Positions 44,563 to 56,459 of a DNA stretch of 64,000 bases are shown here, in pieces. The position numbers were made by a program, and so were the translations under genes. The notes below the pieces were generated by a model. The model was not told where the DNA came from and ran no database searches. It worked only from the letters and a program-made list of their open reading frames with translations. This DNA comes from Macrostomum hystrix. Its lineage: Eukaryota > Animalia > Platyhelminthes. The stretch is taken from contig CATNEN010000032.1 in assembly GCA_950097015.1 (NCBI GenBank), forward strand, positions 186,001-250,000, written 5' to 3'. Each line of letters begins with the position of its first letter. Position 1 is the stretch's first letter.

Positions 44563-47281
44563 TTAGCAAGGCCGGCCCATGCCGCGACCCGGCTTTACCG
44601 GCTTGTTCTCATTGGGCAGAGTGCTGGAGCTGGCCGGGTTCTTGACGGTCTCGTCCACGCTGAGCATGCTGCAGGCGGCCTCGGAGGCGGCAATGATGGC
44701 GTTAGCCTTGACCAGGGCCGGCTCCCAGACGCAGGCGGCGAAATTGTCAGCGACATCTTCGCGTTGAATATCGACGCCGGCCCACAGGTCGCCGTTGGCG
44801 TGCCGATTGCGCAGCTTGTTGAGCACGTAGGTGGCGTCAAAGCCGGCGTTGTCGCACAGCTGGCGCGGGATGAGCTCGAAAGCCTTGGCCATGGCGCCAA
44901 TCAGCAGCTGCTGTTTGTTGGCCACACTGCGCGAGTGCTGGCGCAGGTGGTAGCTCAGCTCCATGTCGATGGCGCCGCCGCCGGCGACGACGGAGTCATT
45001 CTTCCTGGCCCGGCGGACAATCATGATGGCGTCGTGCAGAGATCGCTCGGTCTCCTCCATGAACTGTTCGGCGCCGCCGCGCAGTACAATTGTGCATGTG
45101 CGGGCGCGCGGACAGCCGGTGAACACGTTGTACCGGTCCGCACCGATTTGAACCTCCTCGAATAGTTCGCAGGTGCCCAGAGTGGCGTCGGTCAGGCCGA
45201 AAACGGTCGTGTGAATGCGACCGCCGCAGGCCTTCTGCGTGCGGCGGAGGTCCTCCTCGGGGACGCGGCCGGCGCAGAACATGTCCCGATCGGCGCACCA
45301 CTGGGTGGCCACATCGCCAATTGGCAGCTTAGATAGGACAATTTTAACGCCGGCCTTGTGCAAAGTCACCAGCTTGTCGTACAGAATGTTCCACTCAGTG
45401 TCAACCACCTGGCCAGGTGGAAGGATTAGAGAGGATAAATGCAATACTAAATGACTAGGAAAAGCTAGGAGTTCCCCGCCTGAATGATTAAAATATAGTG
45501 GCGACTCCCCTATTGAAGGACTGAGGGCAGGACGCGATCACTCTCCTGAAGGACTGAGGGTAGGACGCGATCCCCTCCTGAAGGACATAGGGATTGCAGC
45601 TACCCACCTCCTGAAGGCCTGACGACAAGAATCTTTACAAGAGACTTGCTTCATTCCCCTTACTCGCTACTATAAGTAGATATATGACAGACGGCGTTTG
45701 GATCAAAGGTCGATAACAGTAGCCGATATGTATCGAAATAAAAATAAAAATTTTCTAAGCTCACCTTTTGATACTCTTCAACACTCTTGACCCGGACCTC
45801 GGCATTCTCACGTTCGGCCCGCAGCTCCAGCTCAATGTTGAGCAGGGCAATCTTGGGATTGGCGTACTTCTTCGGCTGCATCTCGAATCCGGCGTAGCTG
45901 AAGGTCTTCTTGAAGGCCACTCCGGACACCAGGCGAGTGTCTTCCAAGGCGCCACCCGCGACCTTCTTGATGCCGATCATGTCCAACGGTAGAAGCTCGT
46001 CAAGCAGCATGACAGCATCTACCACCAGCTTGCTAAAGAATTCCTTCTGGTGGGCCACAAGCTTGGAGTTCAGAGCCGTGGTGGCGCACTTTTCTAGGAG
46101 GCCGCGCAGTTGACTGCGTGGGTGGATGGGACATAGAATAATTAACACTCAGAATGTGGCTGAACTGTGAGAATGCATTGTAGGCGAGTGAGTGAGTGAG
46201 TGAGTGAGTGAGTGAGTGAGTGAGTGAGTGAGTGAGTGAGTAGGTGAGTGAGTTAGTGAGTGAGTGAGTGAGTGAGTGAGTGAGTGAGTGAGTAGGTGAG
46301 TGAGTTAGTGAGTGAGTGAGTGAGTGAGTGAGTGAGTGAGTGAGTGAGTGAGTGAGTGAGTGAGTGAGTAGGTGAGTGAGTGAGTTAGTGAGTGAGTGAG
46401 TGAGTGAGTGAGTGAGTGAGTAGGTGAGTGAGTGAGTGAGTTAGTGAGTGAGTGAGTGAGTGAGTGAGTGAGTGAGTGAGTGAGTGAGTAGGTGAGTGAG
46501 TAAGTGATTGAGTGAGTGAGTGTGAGTGAGTGAGTGAGTGAGTGAGTGAGTAGGTGAGTGAGTAAGTGATTGAGTGAGTGAGTGAGTTAGTGAGTGAGTG
46601 AGTGAGTGAGTGAGTGAGTAGGTGAGTGAGTTAGTGAGTTAGTGAGTGAGTGAGTGAGTGAGTGAGTGAGTGAGTGAGTGAGTGAGTAGGTGAGTGAGTG
46701 AGTGATTGAGTGAGTGAGTGAGTGAGTGAGTGTGAGTGAGTAGGCGAGTGAGTGAGTCAGTTAGGAGTCAAAGAGTTTGTTAGTATGCAGTGACAGAGTA
46801 ATTCAGTGATAAAAGCAAGGACTCACACTGGGTCGTCCTTGGCAATCTTGACAGCGATCTCGTTCAAGCGGTCCAGAGCCAGCTCTGTGCCCTTTCGCAG
46901 GGCGTGAATGACCACCCTGGGATGCACGCCCTCCTCCAGGAAAGGCTTCATCTGGCGCAGAAACTCGCAGGCTAGAATCACCACGCTGGTGGTGCCGTCG
47001 CCAACCTGGGCGTCCTGTGATTTGGCAATGTCCACTAAGATGCGAGCAGCCGGGTGTACAACATTGAGCAGCTTCAAAATAGTGGCGCCATCATTGGAGA
47101 TGGTAGCCTTTTTGCGATCGTCAATGATCAGCTTGTCCATGCCGCGCGGTCCCAGCGTGGTGCGAACCGCCTCGGCGATGGCCTGGCAAGCGTTGATGTT
47201 GGAGATGATCTGCGGCAGGCCCTGGGAGGTGTCCGTGCCCTCCTTCAGCAGGATGATTCTAGGCTGCAGTTGCTGGGACAT
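44563..47281 (-). CDS. CCT7: T-complex protein 1 subunit eta (CCT7), 549 aa; exons 47281-46827, 46113-45765, 45408-44563
   Basis: Motifs [57 protein letters not shown] and [13 protein letters not shown] are eta-subunit specific; junction phases 2 and 0 are consistent. Confidence 0.96.
45515..45620. repeat. Short degenerate repeat GAAGGACTGAGGG... (CCT7 intron 2)
   Basis: About 3 units related to the 47980-48727 arrays. Confidence 0.75.
46185..46760. repeat. (GAGT)n microsatellite with TAG/TTAG variants (CCT7 intron 1)
   Basis: Direct reading. Confidence 0.97.
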
Positions 47282-47800
47282 TTTATTAGTTGCTTGTTGG
47301 TTTGACTCCTTTCGGTCTCCGTTAGTTAGAAAGAATTTTAGATTCAGCTAATAGACAAATGAAAGCTGAAATCAGGGCAGAAAAGATGCATTAGTAAATA
47401 CGTCAATAGTCTATGGCAGAAACTCATATCGCTGTGTTCTCTAAAGAACAAAAAAAAAACGAATTAGAGAAGCCGTAGAAAAGTTTGAAAAACGGTGTAT
47501 TAAAAAACTGATGTATGGTTCAAATATTCAGCTCACGCCAATGGAAAAGCGGAACGGCATAAAAGGACGGAATGAGAGGACGCAACATATGATGATTTTA
47601 ACTTAAATTAATAAAACACTTTTGTCTAATTTAAATACGAGTAGTTGAAGAAAAATCAGAACAAAAAGGCACATTTCAGTCTGTCAATATATTCTTTATA
47701 GTAGTTAACTAACGTTTAAAACAAATCAAGGAGGCAGCTAAAGGAACCAAAATAATTATTACGTAACAATGAGCGTTCATTTAAATAAAATAGCACAGCA

Positions 47801-50800
47801 TCACAGCTTGTAAGCGGATTTCAGTTTTTTCATTTCGTCCTGGTCGACTGCGCCAAGTGACTCCAGTTTTGCCAGCGTGGCTGACAGGTCTGCAATGGAA
47901 TGTCAGCGACTATTGATTGATTGACTCGCTAATTAACAGTTTAAGAACAATAAGTTCACTTACTCAAGGGACGGGACTAAAGGGATGACAGTTACCAACC
48001 CCATGAAGGACTGAGGGATGACAGTTACCAACCCCATGAAGGACTGAGGGATGACAGTTACCAACCCCATGAAGGACTGAGGGATGACAGTTACCAACCC
48101 CATGAAGGACTGAGGGATGACAGTTACCAACCCCATGAAGGACTGAGGGATGACAGTTACCAACCCCATGAAGGACTGAGGGATGACAATTACCAACCCC
48201 ATGAAGGACTGAGGGATGACAATTACCAACCCCATGAAGGACTGAGGGATGACAGTTACCAACCCCATGAAGGACTGAGGGATGACATTTATCTGCCTCC
48301 TTAAGGACTGAGGGATGGGGGCTACCTAATTCCTGAGGGATAGCAGCTACCTAATTCGTGAGAGTTGGCAGCTACCTCATTCGTGAGAGTTGGCAGCTAC
48401 CTAATTCGTGAGAGTTGGCAGCTACCTAATTCCTGAGGGATGGCAGCTACCTAATTCCTGAGGGATGGCAGCTACCTAATTCCTGAGGGATGGCAGCTAC
48501 CTAATTCCTGAGGGATGGCAGCTACCTAATTCGTGAGAGTTGGCAGCTACCTAATTCCTGAGAGTTGGCAGCTACCTAATTCCTGAGAGTTGGCAGCTAC
48601 CTAATTCCTGAGAGTTGGCAGCTACCTAATTCCTGAGAGTTGGCAGCTACCTAATTCCTGAGGGATGGCAGCTACCTAATTCCTGAGGGATGGCAGCTAC
48701 CTAATTCCTGAGGGATGGCAGCTACCTTAAATTCGATACTGAATTTAAACTGTCAGTAGACACCAAGAACTCACCGGCCTTTTCCTTGGCATCGAGGAAC
48801 ATGGCAACAAAATCGAATCGTTCAGCGGCGGGGATGCTTAGCAGCACGCGAGCTCCGGCTCTTGGGTCTCGCACTGCCAGGCAGTCCCTGACCACGGCAA
48901 CAATCTGAGCGAGGAGCGGGCCGTCAAGCTTGTTGGAAAGCAGGCGGGGCAGGCGGTCGGGCTCAACAAGGGTCAGCAGGTCGGCGTGGACAGCGGCGGA
49001 GGAAGTTGACGATAACGACGAAGAACGACTGGCCGAAAGCCAGGCCTGGGTGAATTCAAACGGACTGCAGTCGGGCCGCAAAGTTGGCGCTGGTGCCGTC
49101 GTGGCAGCGGCGACGGACGCGACAGGAACTTTGGGTTGGTCGCCGACTGGCTCAGGAAATGTCAAGTTCGGCGCAGTCGACAACTTTTCAGTAGATTTTC
49201 TACCCACATCAGTTGTTGCGGCACTTTTATCAATAACAAACGGTGCAATTTTTTCTTTCGTTAGAGGCATTGGTTGGTCCAAAGGCAAGGTACTTTTGTT
49301 GTCTGATGACGCGGTAGATGTACTATTATCAGTAGATGCACTTTTATCGCCAGCCTGGGCTCCGTCAAAACAAGGCGAAGTCAAATCAGCGGTGTCGGTG
49401 GCCTTGTCCGGTGTCAGTTCCATAGTGTCGGTGGCCGAGTCAACCTGGCTAGCAGCTGGCAGGACGGATTCGGAGACCACTCCGTCAACGTCGCGAATGA
49501 CAGCCACCGGTGGCTCCTCAGTGTTTGCCATATCGATTGGCTCCTCGTCATCCTCGTCTTCGATTTCTTCCACTAAAACACGTCGGCCGGAGGATTTGCG
49601 CAACGCAGCTTCAACTTCGGCGATCTCTTTGGCTATCTGCTTATTGAGCGGATCAAATGATTTTGCCAGATTCAAATCCATCAGGCTCTCCCTATGAAAG
49701 CCGAGCATTTTTCTGGCAACGCCACGGCGAAAGATGGCCTTCATGTTGGCCGGCTCCAGCTCCAGAGCCATGTTGCACTCGTACACAGCATCATTGGGCC
49801 TGTCTAGCTTGATGCAGCACACCGCCCTGTTGGTGTAGGACACCGGATCATCGGGTCGAAGCTCTGTGCAACGATTGTAATGCTCCATGGCTCTGGCGTA
49901 ATTTCCAGCCTTAAATAGGCGATTACCAGCCTCCTTAGCCGCTTCAAACTCGTCCATAGGAGGCTCAGACGGTGACGCCTCATCAGTGCGAAGATGCTTA
50001 GATTTCGATTTCTTAGAATCAGTTGGCTTATTCGATTGGGATTTGACGCTAGCGTCTTTTGAAGCCTGTTGGCTTTTCTCTAACTTTGGAGGTTGAGAAG
50101 GCCCGGGGGGCTGAGCAATAGGTTCTACTGGTTGTAGTTTTGGCTGAGACACTTGTGGCTGAGATACCAGTGGCTGAGACACTTGTGGCTGAGATACCAG
50201 TGGCTGAGACACTTGTGGCTGAGATACCAGTGGCTGAGACACTTGTGGCTGAGATACCTGTGGCTGAGACACTTGTGGCTGAGATACCTGTGGCTGAGAC
50301 ACTTGTGGCTGAGACACTTGTGGCTGAGACACTTGTGGCTGAGACACTTGTGGCTGAGACACCTGTGGCTGAGATACCTTTGGCTGAGACACCTGTGGCT
50401 GAGATACCTTTGGCTGAGACACCTGTGGCTGAGATACCTGTGGCTGAGACACCTGTGGCTGAGACGGTTTTAGCGGAGCTACCGAATTCCCGTTTGCGGT
50501 GATGATTGTGCTATTGTTACGAAGATTCAGAGGTTCTTCCTCATCTTCCTCCTCTGAGCTGCCAACCTCTTCGATCACCATCCGCTTGGCTCCAGAGGGC
50601 TTGCCTCGTTTAGCCTGCTCGGCCTCAACCTCGGCTAGGAGTGCGGCCCCGGCAGTATTGTTTGGATCAAGACGCATTAGATGGTCGAGATCCGAGCGCG
50701 CATCGGCGCTTCGATGAATCTTCTGATAAGCTGTGGCACGACGCAGCAAGGCTTTGACATTGTTTGGCTCAGCTTTGAGCACTTTGGCGCAGTCCTTCAC

Positions 50801-53521
50801 GCAGGCTGTGTACTTTTGCAGCTTCAGATCTGTAAACAGCATGGAATGGGTTGGTTAAATGAACATACATTTTATGAACAAACTACACTACTCAAAGTAG
50901 AAATATTTAACTCACAAGCAAATGCTCGATTATTATAGGACGCAGGCAGAGGGCTGGCAGAAATGCTGCGGCTATAATATAGTGCGGCCTCTTCAAAATC
51001 GCCCGACCTGAAGGCTTCGTTACCCTTGGCCTTCTCATGTTCGGCTAGGCGCTGGCGCTCCTCCGTCGATAGTCCGTCAACGCGCACACGACCAGGCAGG
51101 GCGGGCACTTTGCGAGTCGCCGGCTGTGAAGCTGCAGCAGCCGGAGCAGGCGCACTACTGCTGGAGGCCTGCGTAAAAGTGCGATTGAGGGCACGGTACT
51201 AGCCTCTTATGAAATCAGGGCATCAACAGCGGAATTTGGAGCCAGATTTTCAATTAAATTTAACATGGTTAAAGTCTGTAGTGTCTGTCTGTATATCTGT
51301 ACTGTGTGTCCTTATGGAGTGCCTAATGTTTTTCGTCTGAACAGGTTTGCGTTCCACACCATACCTAGCTCTATATTGTGTTACTACTATGATTCTGTAC
51401 TTTGAGCCCGTACTTTCTGTACTGTATTCGTGTGTACTAGGTTTACCGTGTGTAGAATCACTTCTTCGTTCCGTCTGTACATTGAACTTAATCCGAAGTG
51501 TCGATCTTAATTGTCTAGGTGTACCGCTAAGACTTCAGTCCGGTCTAGATAAATGAGATTTTAAAAAAGAAAAGGAACTCAAAAAATCCTCACTCTTTTG
51601 ACAGCGGCCTCGTCAGCGGCGATGGCAGCGTCCCGCTCCTCCTGGGCCTCCAACTGCTTCTCCAGTTTGGACCATTCGTCGTAGCTGCGCGGCATCGGCC
51701 GTTTCGCTGCAGCCGAGCCGGGTTTCTCACCGGAAGCTGGCTGAGGCTGCGCTGCGTTTTTCTGCGAAGCAGTCAAGCTGATTGTAGCATTAGCAGCTCT
51801 GACTGGCGGCAGGCTGTCCTCAGCGTCCGCGGAAGCTTTCTCAGCATCGCCAGCTTTGGAACACGACGCTGTCCAAGCATTTAAATCCGCGGAAATATTG
51901 GCCCATTCAGATTTGTCCAGGCCAGCTGGGCACAGAGGCGGCTGCTCCTTGCGAAGCACCCGGCTGTATTTTTTTCGAGAGGCGGCAAGTTAGGAAAAGT
52001 TATTTTCAACCAGTACAGTTCACACGGAGCCTGAAAAGAGTAGGCTCTGAATAATGGGGAGGAATGGGGAGTTTGAAAGGTAGAAACTGAGAAAATGTGA
52101 TTTTTTAGAGTGACAGAGAAATCGGAGTTTCTAGAGGTAGAAAATGGTAGAAACAGAATTAGAAAAGGTAGAAAATGGAATTTAGAAGTGTAGACACTAG
52201 CAATGAGAATTTTATGGGTAGAAAAACATTTCTTTGTAAAGGCACCGAGAATATGCATTTTGAAGGGTTGACAGAAAAGAATGGGGAATTATAACAGTAG
52301 AGTGAGGATTGGGGATTTCTAATCGTAGAAACGCTTCAGTTCACCCTGGGTAAGCTGCGTAATTGAGGGTTGTTGTGGCGTCCCCCAGTCCATGGACTGA
52401 ACAGCCGTAAGCAGTCTTCAGATGCGCCGCGCAATAGCTGCGGCTGTGCTGTCGTCTGCACATCTGGCCCAATTTGGGCAGGTGTAATCAAATAATCGTA
52501 GACACGAGGAATGGGGATTTCTAATTGTAGACACTGGGAAAATGATATTTTGAAGGTTAGATATTAAGGAATGGGGATTTCTAATTGTAGACACTGGGAA
52601 AATGATATTTTGAAGGTTAGATATTAAGGAATGGGGATTTCTAATTGTAGACACTGGGAAAATGATATTTTGAAGGTTAGATATTAAGGAATGGGGATTT
52701 CTAATTGTAGACACTGGGAAAATGATATTTTGAAGGTTAGATATTAAGGAATGGGGATTTCTAATTGTAGACACTGGGAAAATGATATTTTGAAGGTTAG
52801 ATATTAAGGAATGGGGATTTCTAATTGTAGACACTGGGAAAATGATATTTTGAAGGTTAGATATTAAGGAATGGGGATTTCTAATTGTAGACACTGGGAA
52901 AATGATATTTTGAAGGTTAGATATTAAGGAATGGGGATTTCTAATTGTAGACACTGGGAAAATGATATTTTGAAGGTTAGATATTAAGGAATGGGGATTT
53001 CTAATTGTAGACACTGGGAAAATGATATTTTGAAGGTTAGATATTAAGGAATGGGGATTTCTAATTATAGACACTTGGAAAATGATATTTTGAAGGTTAG
53101 ATATTAAGGAATGGGGATTTCTAATTATAGACACTGGGAAAATGATATTTTGAAGGTTAGATATTAAGGAATGGGGATTTTGAAAGCATAAACTAAGAAA
53201 TGGGAGCTCAAGGGAAAAACTAAGGAATAGGGTCAAAAAAGGACAGAAGCTGAGAGAATTGTATTTTAAAAGATATAATCGGGATGTCATGCAATAAAAC
53301 ACTCGTTAACACGCAGGCTCTAACCTGTTGGGCGCCAGCAAACTGATCCTGGCCTCACAATGAGCCTCCAAATCCGGATAGCGGCCCTCCTCGCCGGATA
53401 ACAACACTTTGTAGATATTCTCTAATTCTTTGACATCTGTACAGGCCGATATGTAGCGAAAATCCAAATGATCCAAGGGGATATTGTAGCGTCGAGTGAA
53501 CTGGGCAGTCATCGGGTCCAT
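47801..53521 (-). CDS. SPAG1: Sperm-associated antigen 1-like TPR co-chaperone with RPAP3-type C-terminal domain; exons 53521-53325, 51963-51594, 51168-50916, 50829-48775, 47889-47801
   Basis: SPAG1-specific N-terminus (IPLDHLDFRYI..C.DVKELE.I..VL.SGEEG.YP.L), two 3-TPR clamps (EKAKGNEAFRSGDF; KEAGNRLFKAGNY) and an RPAP3_C-like end (FEFTQAW...RFDFVAMFL...AYKL*). All junctions are in phase. Confidence 0.9.
47980..48727. repeat. Compound array: 33-bp CCATGAAGGACTGAGGGATGACAGTTACCAACC then 25-bp GCAGCTACCTAATTCCTGAGGGATG (SPAG1 last intron)
   Basis: Direct reading; transitional units near 48290-48330. Confidence 0.95.
50140..50465 (-). repeat. Coding 15-bp repeat encoding (S-Q-P-Q/K/L-V) x about 22 inside SPAG1 exon 4
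   Basis: In frame and stop-free within ORF 48722..50842. Confidence 0.88.
52334..52492 (+). mobile_element. SINE family 1, 5'-truncated copy inside a minisatellite in SPAG1 intron 1
   Basis: Near-identical to the 3' half of the 15480-15800 copy and flanked by TAATCGTAGA(A/C)ACG on both sides. Confidence 0.8.
52507..53180. repeat. 60-bp tandem repeat, about 11 nearly identical copies (SPAG1 intron 1)
   Basis: The 60-nt lines from 52561 to 53040 are identical; degenerate units extend to about 52050. Confidence 0.97.
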
Positions 53522-53698
53522 CTCGCGGCTGGCTTAAAGTATGAAGTAGGCTAGAACAAAATTTAACTGCCACATTAATCAAGGCATAACATCAATGAGA
53601 TTGTGTTATAGACCTCAGGAATGGGATCTTGGAGAATGGGATTAAATCTATAATGACGGGGATCATGGAGGATGGGATTAAATGTGATCTTGGGAGAG

Positions 53699-54000
53699 GG
53701 TTGGTGGCGGAGCGGTTAACGCGTTTGCTCCTCGCATCACGGTCCCAAAGTTCGATCCCACGGCGAGGCCACATTAATTCGGGACACAGCCGCGGAGAGA
53801 ATGCTTGGGGGCTTGTCGTGCAATTTACGCCATTGAGGGCCAACCTCCAAGGCACAGTGAAGTGTACACTGCCTGAAGATGAGAAAATCAGGGCAGATGT
53901 ACACACCTGTGTGAGTGTGGGCCTGCGTACAGTATGTGTGCGTGTGTGCTCATGAGTCAGCGAAATGAGCAGAATTGCCTCCTGTTATTATTATTATTAT
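53699..54000 (+). mobile_element. SINE family 2, second copy, interrupting a 36-bp minisatellite
   Basis: A box GTGGCGGAGCGG (53704), B box AGTTCGATCCC (about 53750), the same body as the 29841 copy, and a (TTA)n tail. Confidence 0.75.
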
Positions 54001-54270
54001 GGGATCTTGGAGGATTGAATTATATACCTCAGGAATGGGATCTTGGAGGATTGAATTATATACCTCAGGAATGGGATCTTGGAGGATTGAATTATATACC
54101 TCAGGAATGGGATCTTGGAGGATTGAATTATATACCTCAGGAATGGGATCTTGGAGGATTGAATTATATACCTCAGGAATGGGATCTTGGAGGATTGAAT
54201 TATATACCTCAGGAATGGGATCTTGGAGGATTGAATTATATACCTCAGGAATGGGATCTTGGAGGATTGG
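53998..54270. repeat. 36-bp minisatellite GGAATGGGATCTTGGAGGATTGAATTATATACCTCA, about 7.5 copies
   Basis: Direct reading; degenerate units also lie at 53615-53695 on the other side of the SINE. Confidence 0.95.
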
Positions 54271-54774
54271 ATTAAATAACGCTTTTAAAAGAAATAAGGC
54301 ATTAAAAATGAGAAACTAATCTACAGTAAAGAATACATAAGCCTGAATGCTCGTAAAAACTATTTTGTCTACGCAAAGGAAATACTATTTCATAGAAATA
54401 TAAACATAAAAATGTCAATAGATTATAGCAAAGAAGTCTCAAATTGAAAATATCACCGAATAGTACAGTAACTTCAGAAAAAAATCAATTACCTATTTCT
54501 TGTGAAATAAGGAAGAAAAAATTCTACAACTAAAAACTTTACAATAGCAAACAATTGTTACATTTTTTCGATATTTACAATACTTTTAAAATTGCCTTAA
54601 CAGCTCGTTGAGATGAATTAAATTTACTCGTACATTGAGCCTCATAAAAATCTTTTAAAAAGAGAAATAGGCCTAAACTGTTCGAAATTCGCAAATCAAC
54701 ATGGCATGAGATTTCATATTTTTATTGGTGACAGTTGAATATCCAATACAGTCGAAGGCTCTATGAGTGGTGGC

Positions 54775-55050
54775 AACTGAAGAAGTCCTGAGGGCAAGGG
54801 GAGCAACTGATGATGTCCTGAAGGGCAAGGGGAGGAACTGATGATGTCCTGAAGGGCAAGGGGAGGAACTGAAGAAGTCCTGAGGGCAAGGGGAGCAACT
54901 GATGATGTCCTGAAGGGCAAGGGGAGGAACTGAAGATGTCCTGAAGGGCAAGGGGAGCAACTGATGTCCTGAAGGGCAAGGGGAGCAACTGATGATGTCC
55001 TGAAGGGCAAGGGGAGCAACTGATGATGTCCTGAAGGGCAAGGGGAGCAA
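54775..55050. repeat. About 31-bp minisatellite CAACTGATGATGTCCTGAAGGGCAAGGGGAG in the RNF146 3' UTR
   Basis: Direct reading. Confidence 0.92.
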
Positions 55051-55219
55051 CTCAAAAGTTACTTAAAAGACTCGAGGGCTTAACTGAGGATGCCCCAATG
55101 GGGCGAAAAAGTGAAAATGGACTCAAGGTGTACTGGGGGAATGGAGGGTCTAACCGAAGGACGCAAATTGCAAATTGATGGAGGGTTCCTGGTATACCCA
55201 GCAATAGCAAAACTTGGCC

Positions 55220-56459
55220 TCATCCGTGACCTTGGGGTGGCTGACGCCGCCGGTTGTTGGAACCCGACAGTGCGACCTGGCGCAGCGAGGAATTCAACGA
55301 GTTCACGCTGACATCTGCGTCGGATGCCTCGCCGCTGGAGTCTTCAGAATCGTCGGAGTTCGATGAAGATGGATTGTCGCTATCTTCGTCATCATCGTTG
55401 GGCTTACGAACGACTGAAGCGGCGGCGGCAGCCATGGAAGGCGCAGCGGCGGCAGACGGCGAAGGCATAGCTAGACCGGCCACGCCCTTCAATCGATCGC
55501 TGGGAAAGTCGAAACCGCGCTTCACTCTACGAATTTTTGTGGCATCGTCTTGGCGCTGCTGCACCATCAGGGAGAAGTCGACCAGATAGGGGAAGCCGAA
55601 GATCACTAGCTGACAGGTCGGCTCCGAGCTGGAAACAATACAGAGGAATTTCGGGATTTGAGACGGCCTTTTCTTGAAATGGGGATCTGGGAAGTTAGTT
55701 ACTTAAAATGAGGATCTGAGAAGGTTAGTTACTTGAAATGCGGATCTGGGAAGGCCTGTTACTTAAATGGGGATCTGAGAAGGCCAGTTACTTAAAATAG
55801 GGATCTGGGAAGGCCTGTTACTTAAATGGGGAGCTGAGAAGGCCAGTTACTTAAAATAGGGATCTGGGAAGGCCTGTTACTTAAATGGGGATCTGAGAAG
55901 GCCAGTTACTTAAAATAGGGATCTGGGAAGGCCTGGTACTTAAAATATGGATCTGGGAAGGCCTGTTACTTAAATGGGGATCTGAGAAGGCCAGTTACTT
56001 GAAATGGAGATTCGCAAAGGCAAGTTTTTGAAATGGGGATATAAAAAGATCGATTACTTGAAATGGGTATACGAGAAGCACTTAAACACACCGATTATAG
56101 GCAGCCTCTAATTCAGCGCAGTGTCTCTCTTCGAATTGCCACCAACCGTTTCGACCTTCGTAGAACCAGCAACGCTGAATAGCGACCGTTCCAGTCGCTG
56201 TCGCACCTGTGGCGCCGTCATCTATGGCCGTATCGCCGAGAACTGCGACAGCAGCAGACTCGGCTACTGGAAGCCTAGGCCTGGCAAAAAACTCGGCCGG
56301 AATTCTTGATCGGCACAGCGGGCAGCGCATGGAGCGCAGAGCTACGCCTTTGATGCACAGGAAGCAGAAGCGATGCGGACAGGCGGGCAGGGACACCGGG
56401 TGCACCATAGGGCTGAGGCAGACTGAGCAGTCATCGGGTAATGCCACATTCGCAGACAT
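55220..56459 (-). CDS. RNF146: E3 ubiquitin ligase RNF146/Iduna (RING + WWE); exons 56459 (open in frame back to acceptor at 56504)-56092 and 55628-55220
   Basis: RING CSVC...CPHRFCFLCIKG...CPLC, WWE WFYEGRNGWWQFEER spliced in phase 2 to YLVDFSLMVQ...RRVKR...KGVAGL. Confidence 0.92.
55680..56070. repeat. About 29-30-bp minisatellite GGGGATCTG(G/A)GAAGGCC(T/A)GTTACTTAAA (RNF146 intron)
   Basis: Direct reading. Confidence 0.9.

Noticed and set aside
55060-55113. Hammerhead-like motif: ACTTA...CTGAGGA-T-GCCCC-AAT-GGGGC-GAAAAAGT, next to a 31-bp array whose unit also has CTGATGA plus a hairpin
   Set aside because: It needs three core insertions, stem I is mismatched and not adjacent to the core, and the array units lack GAAA. 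It looks like a diverged repeat unit. An Infernal hammerhead hit or in vitro cleavage would revive it.
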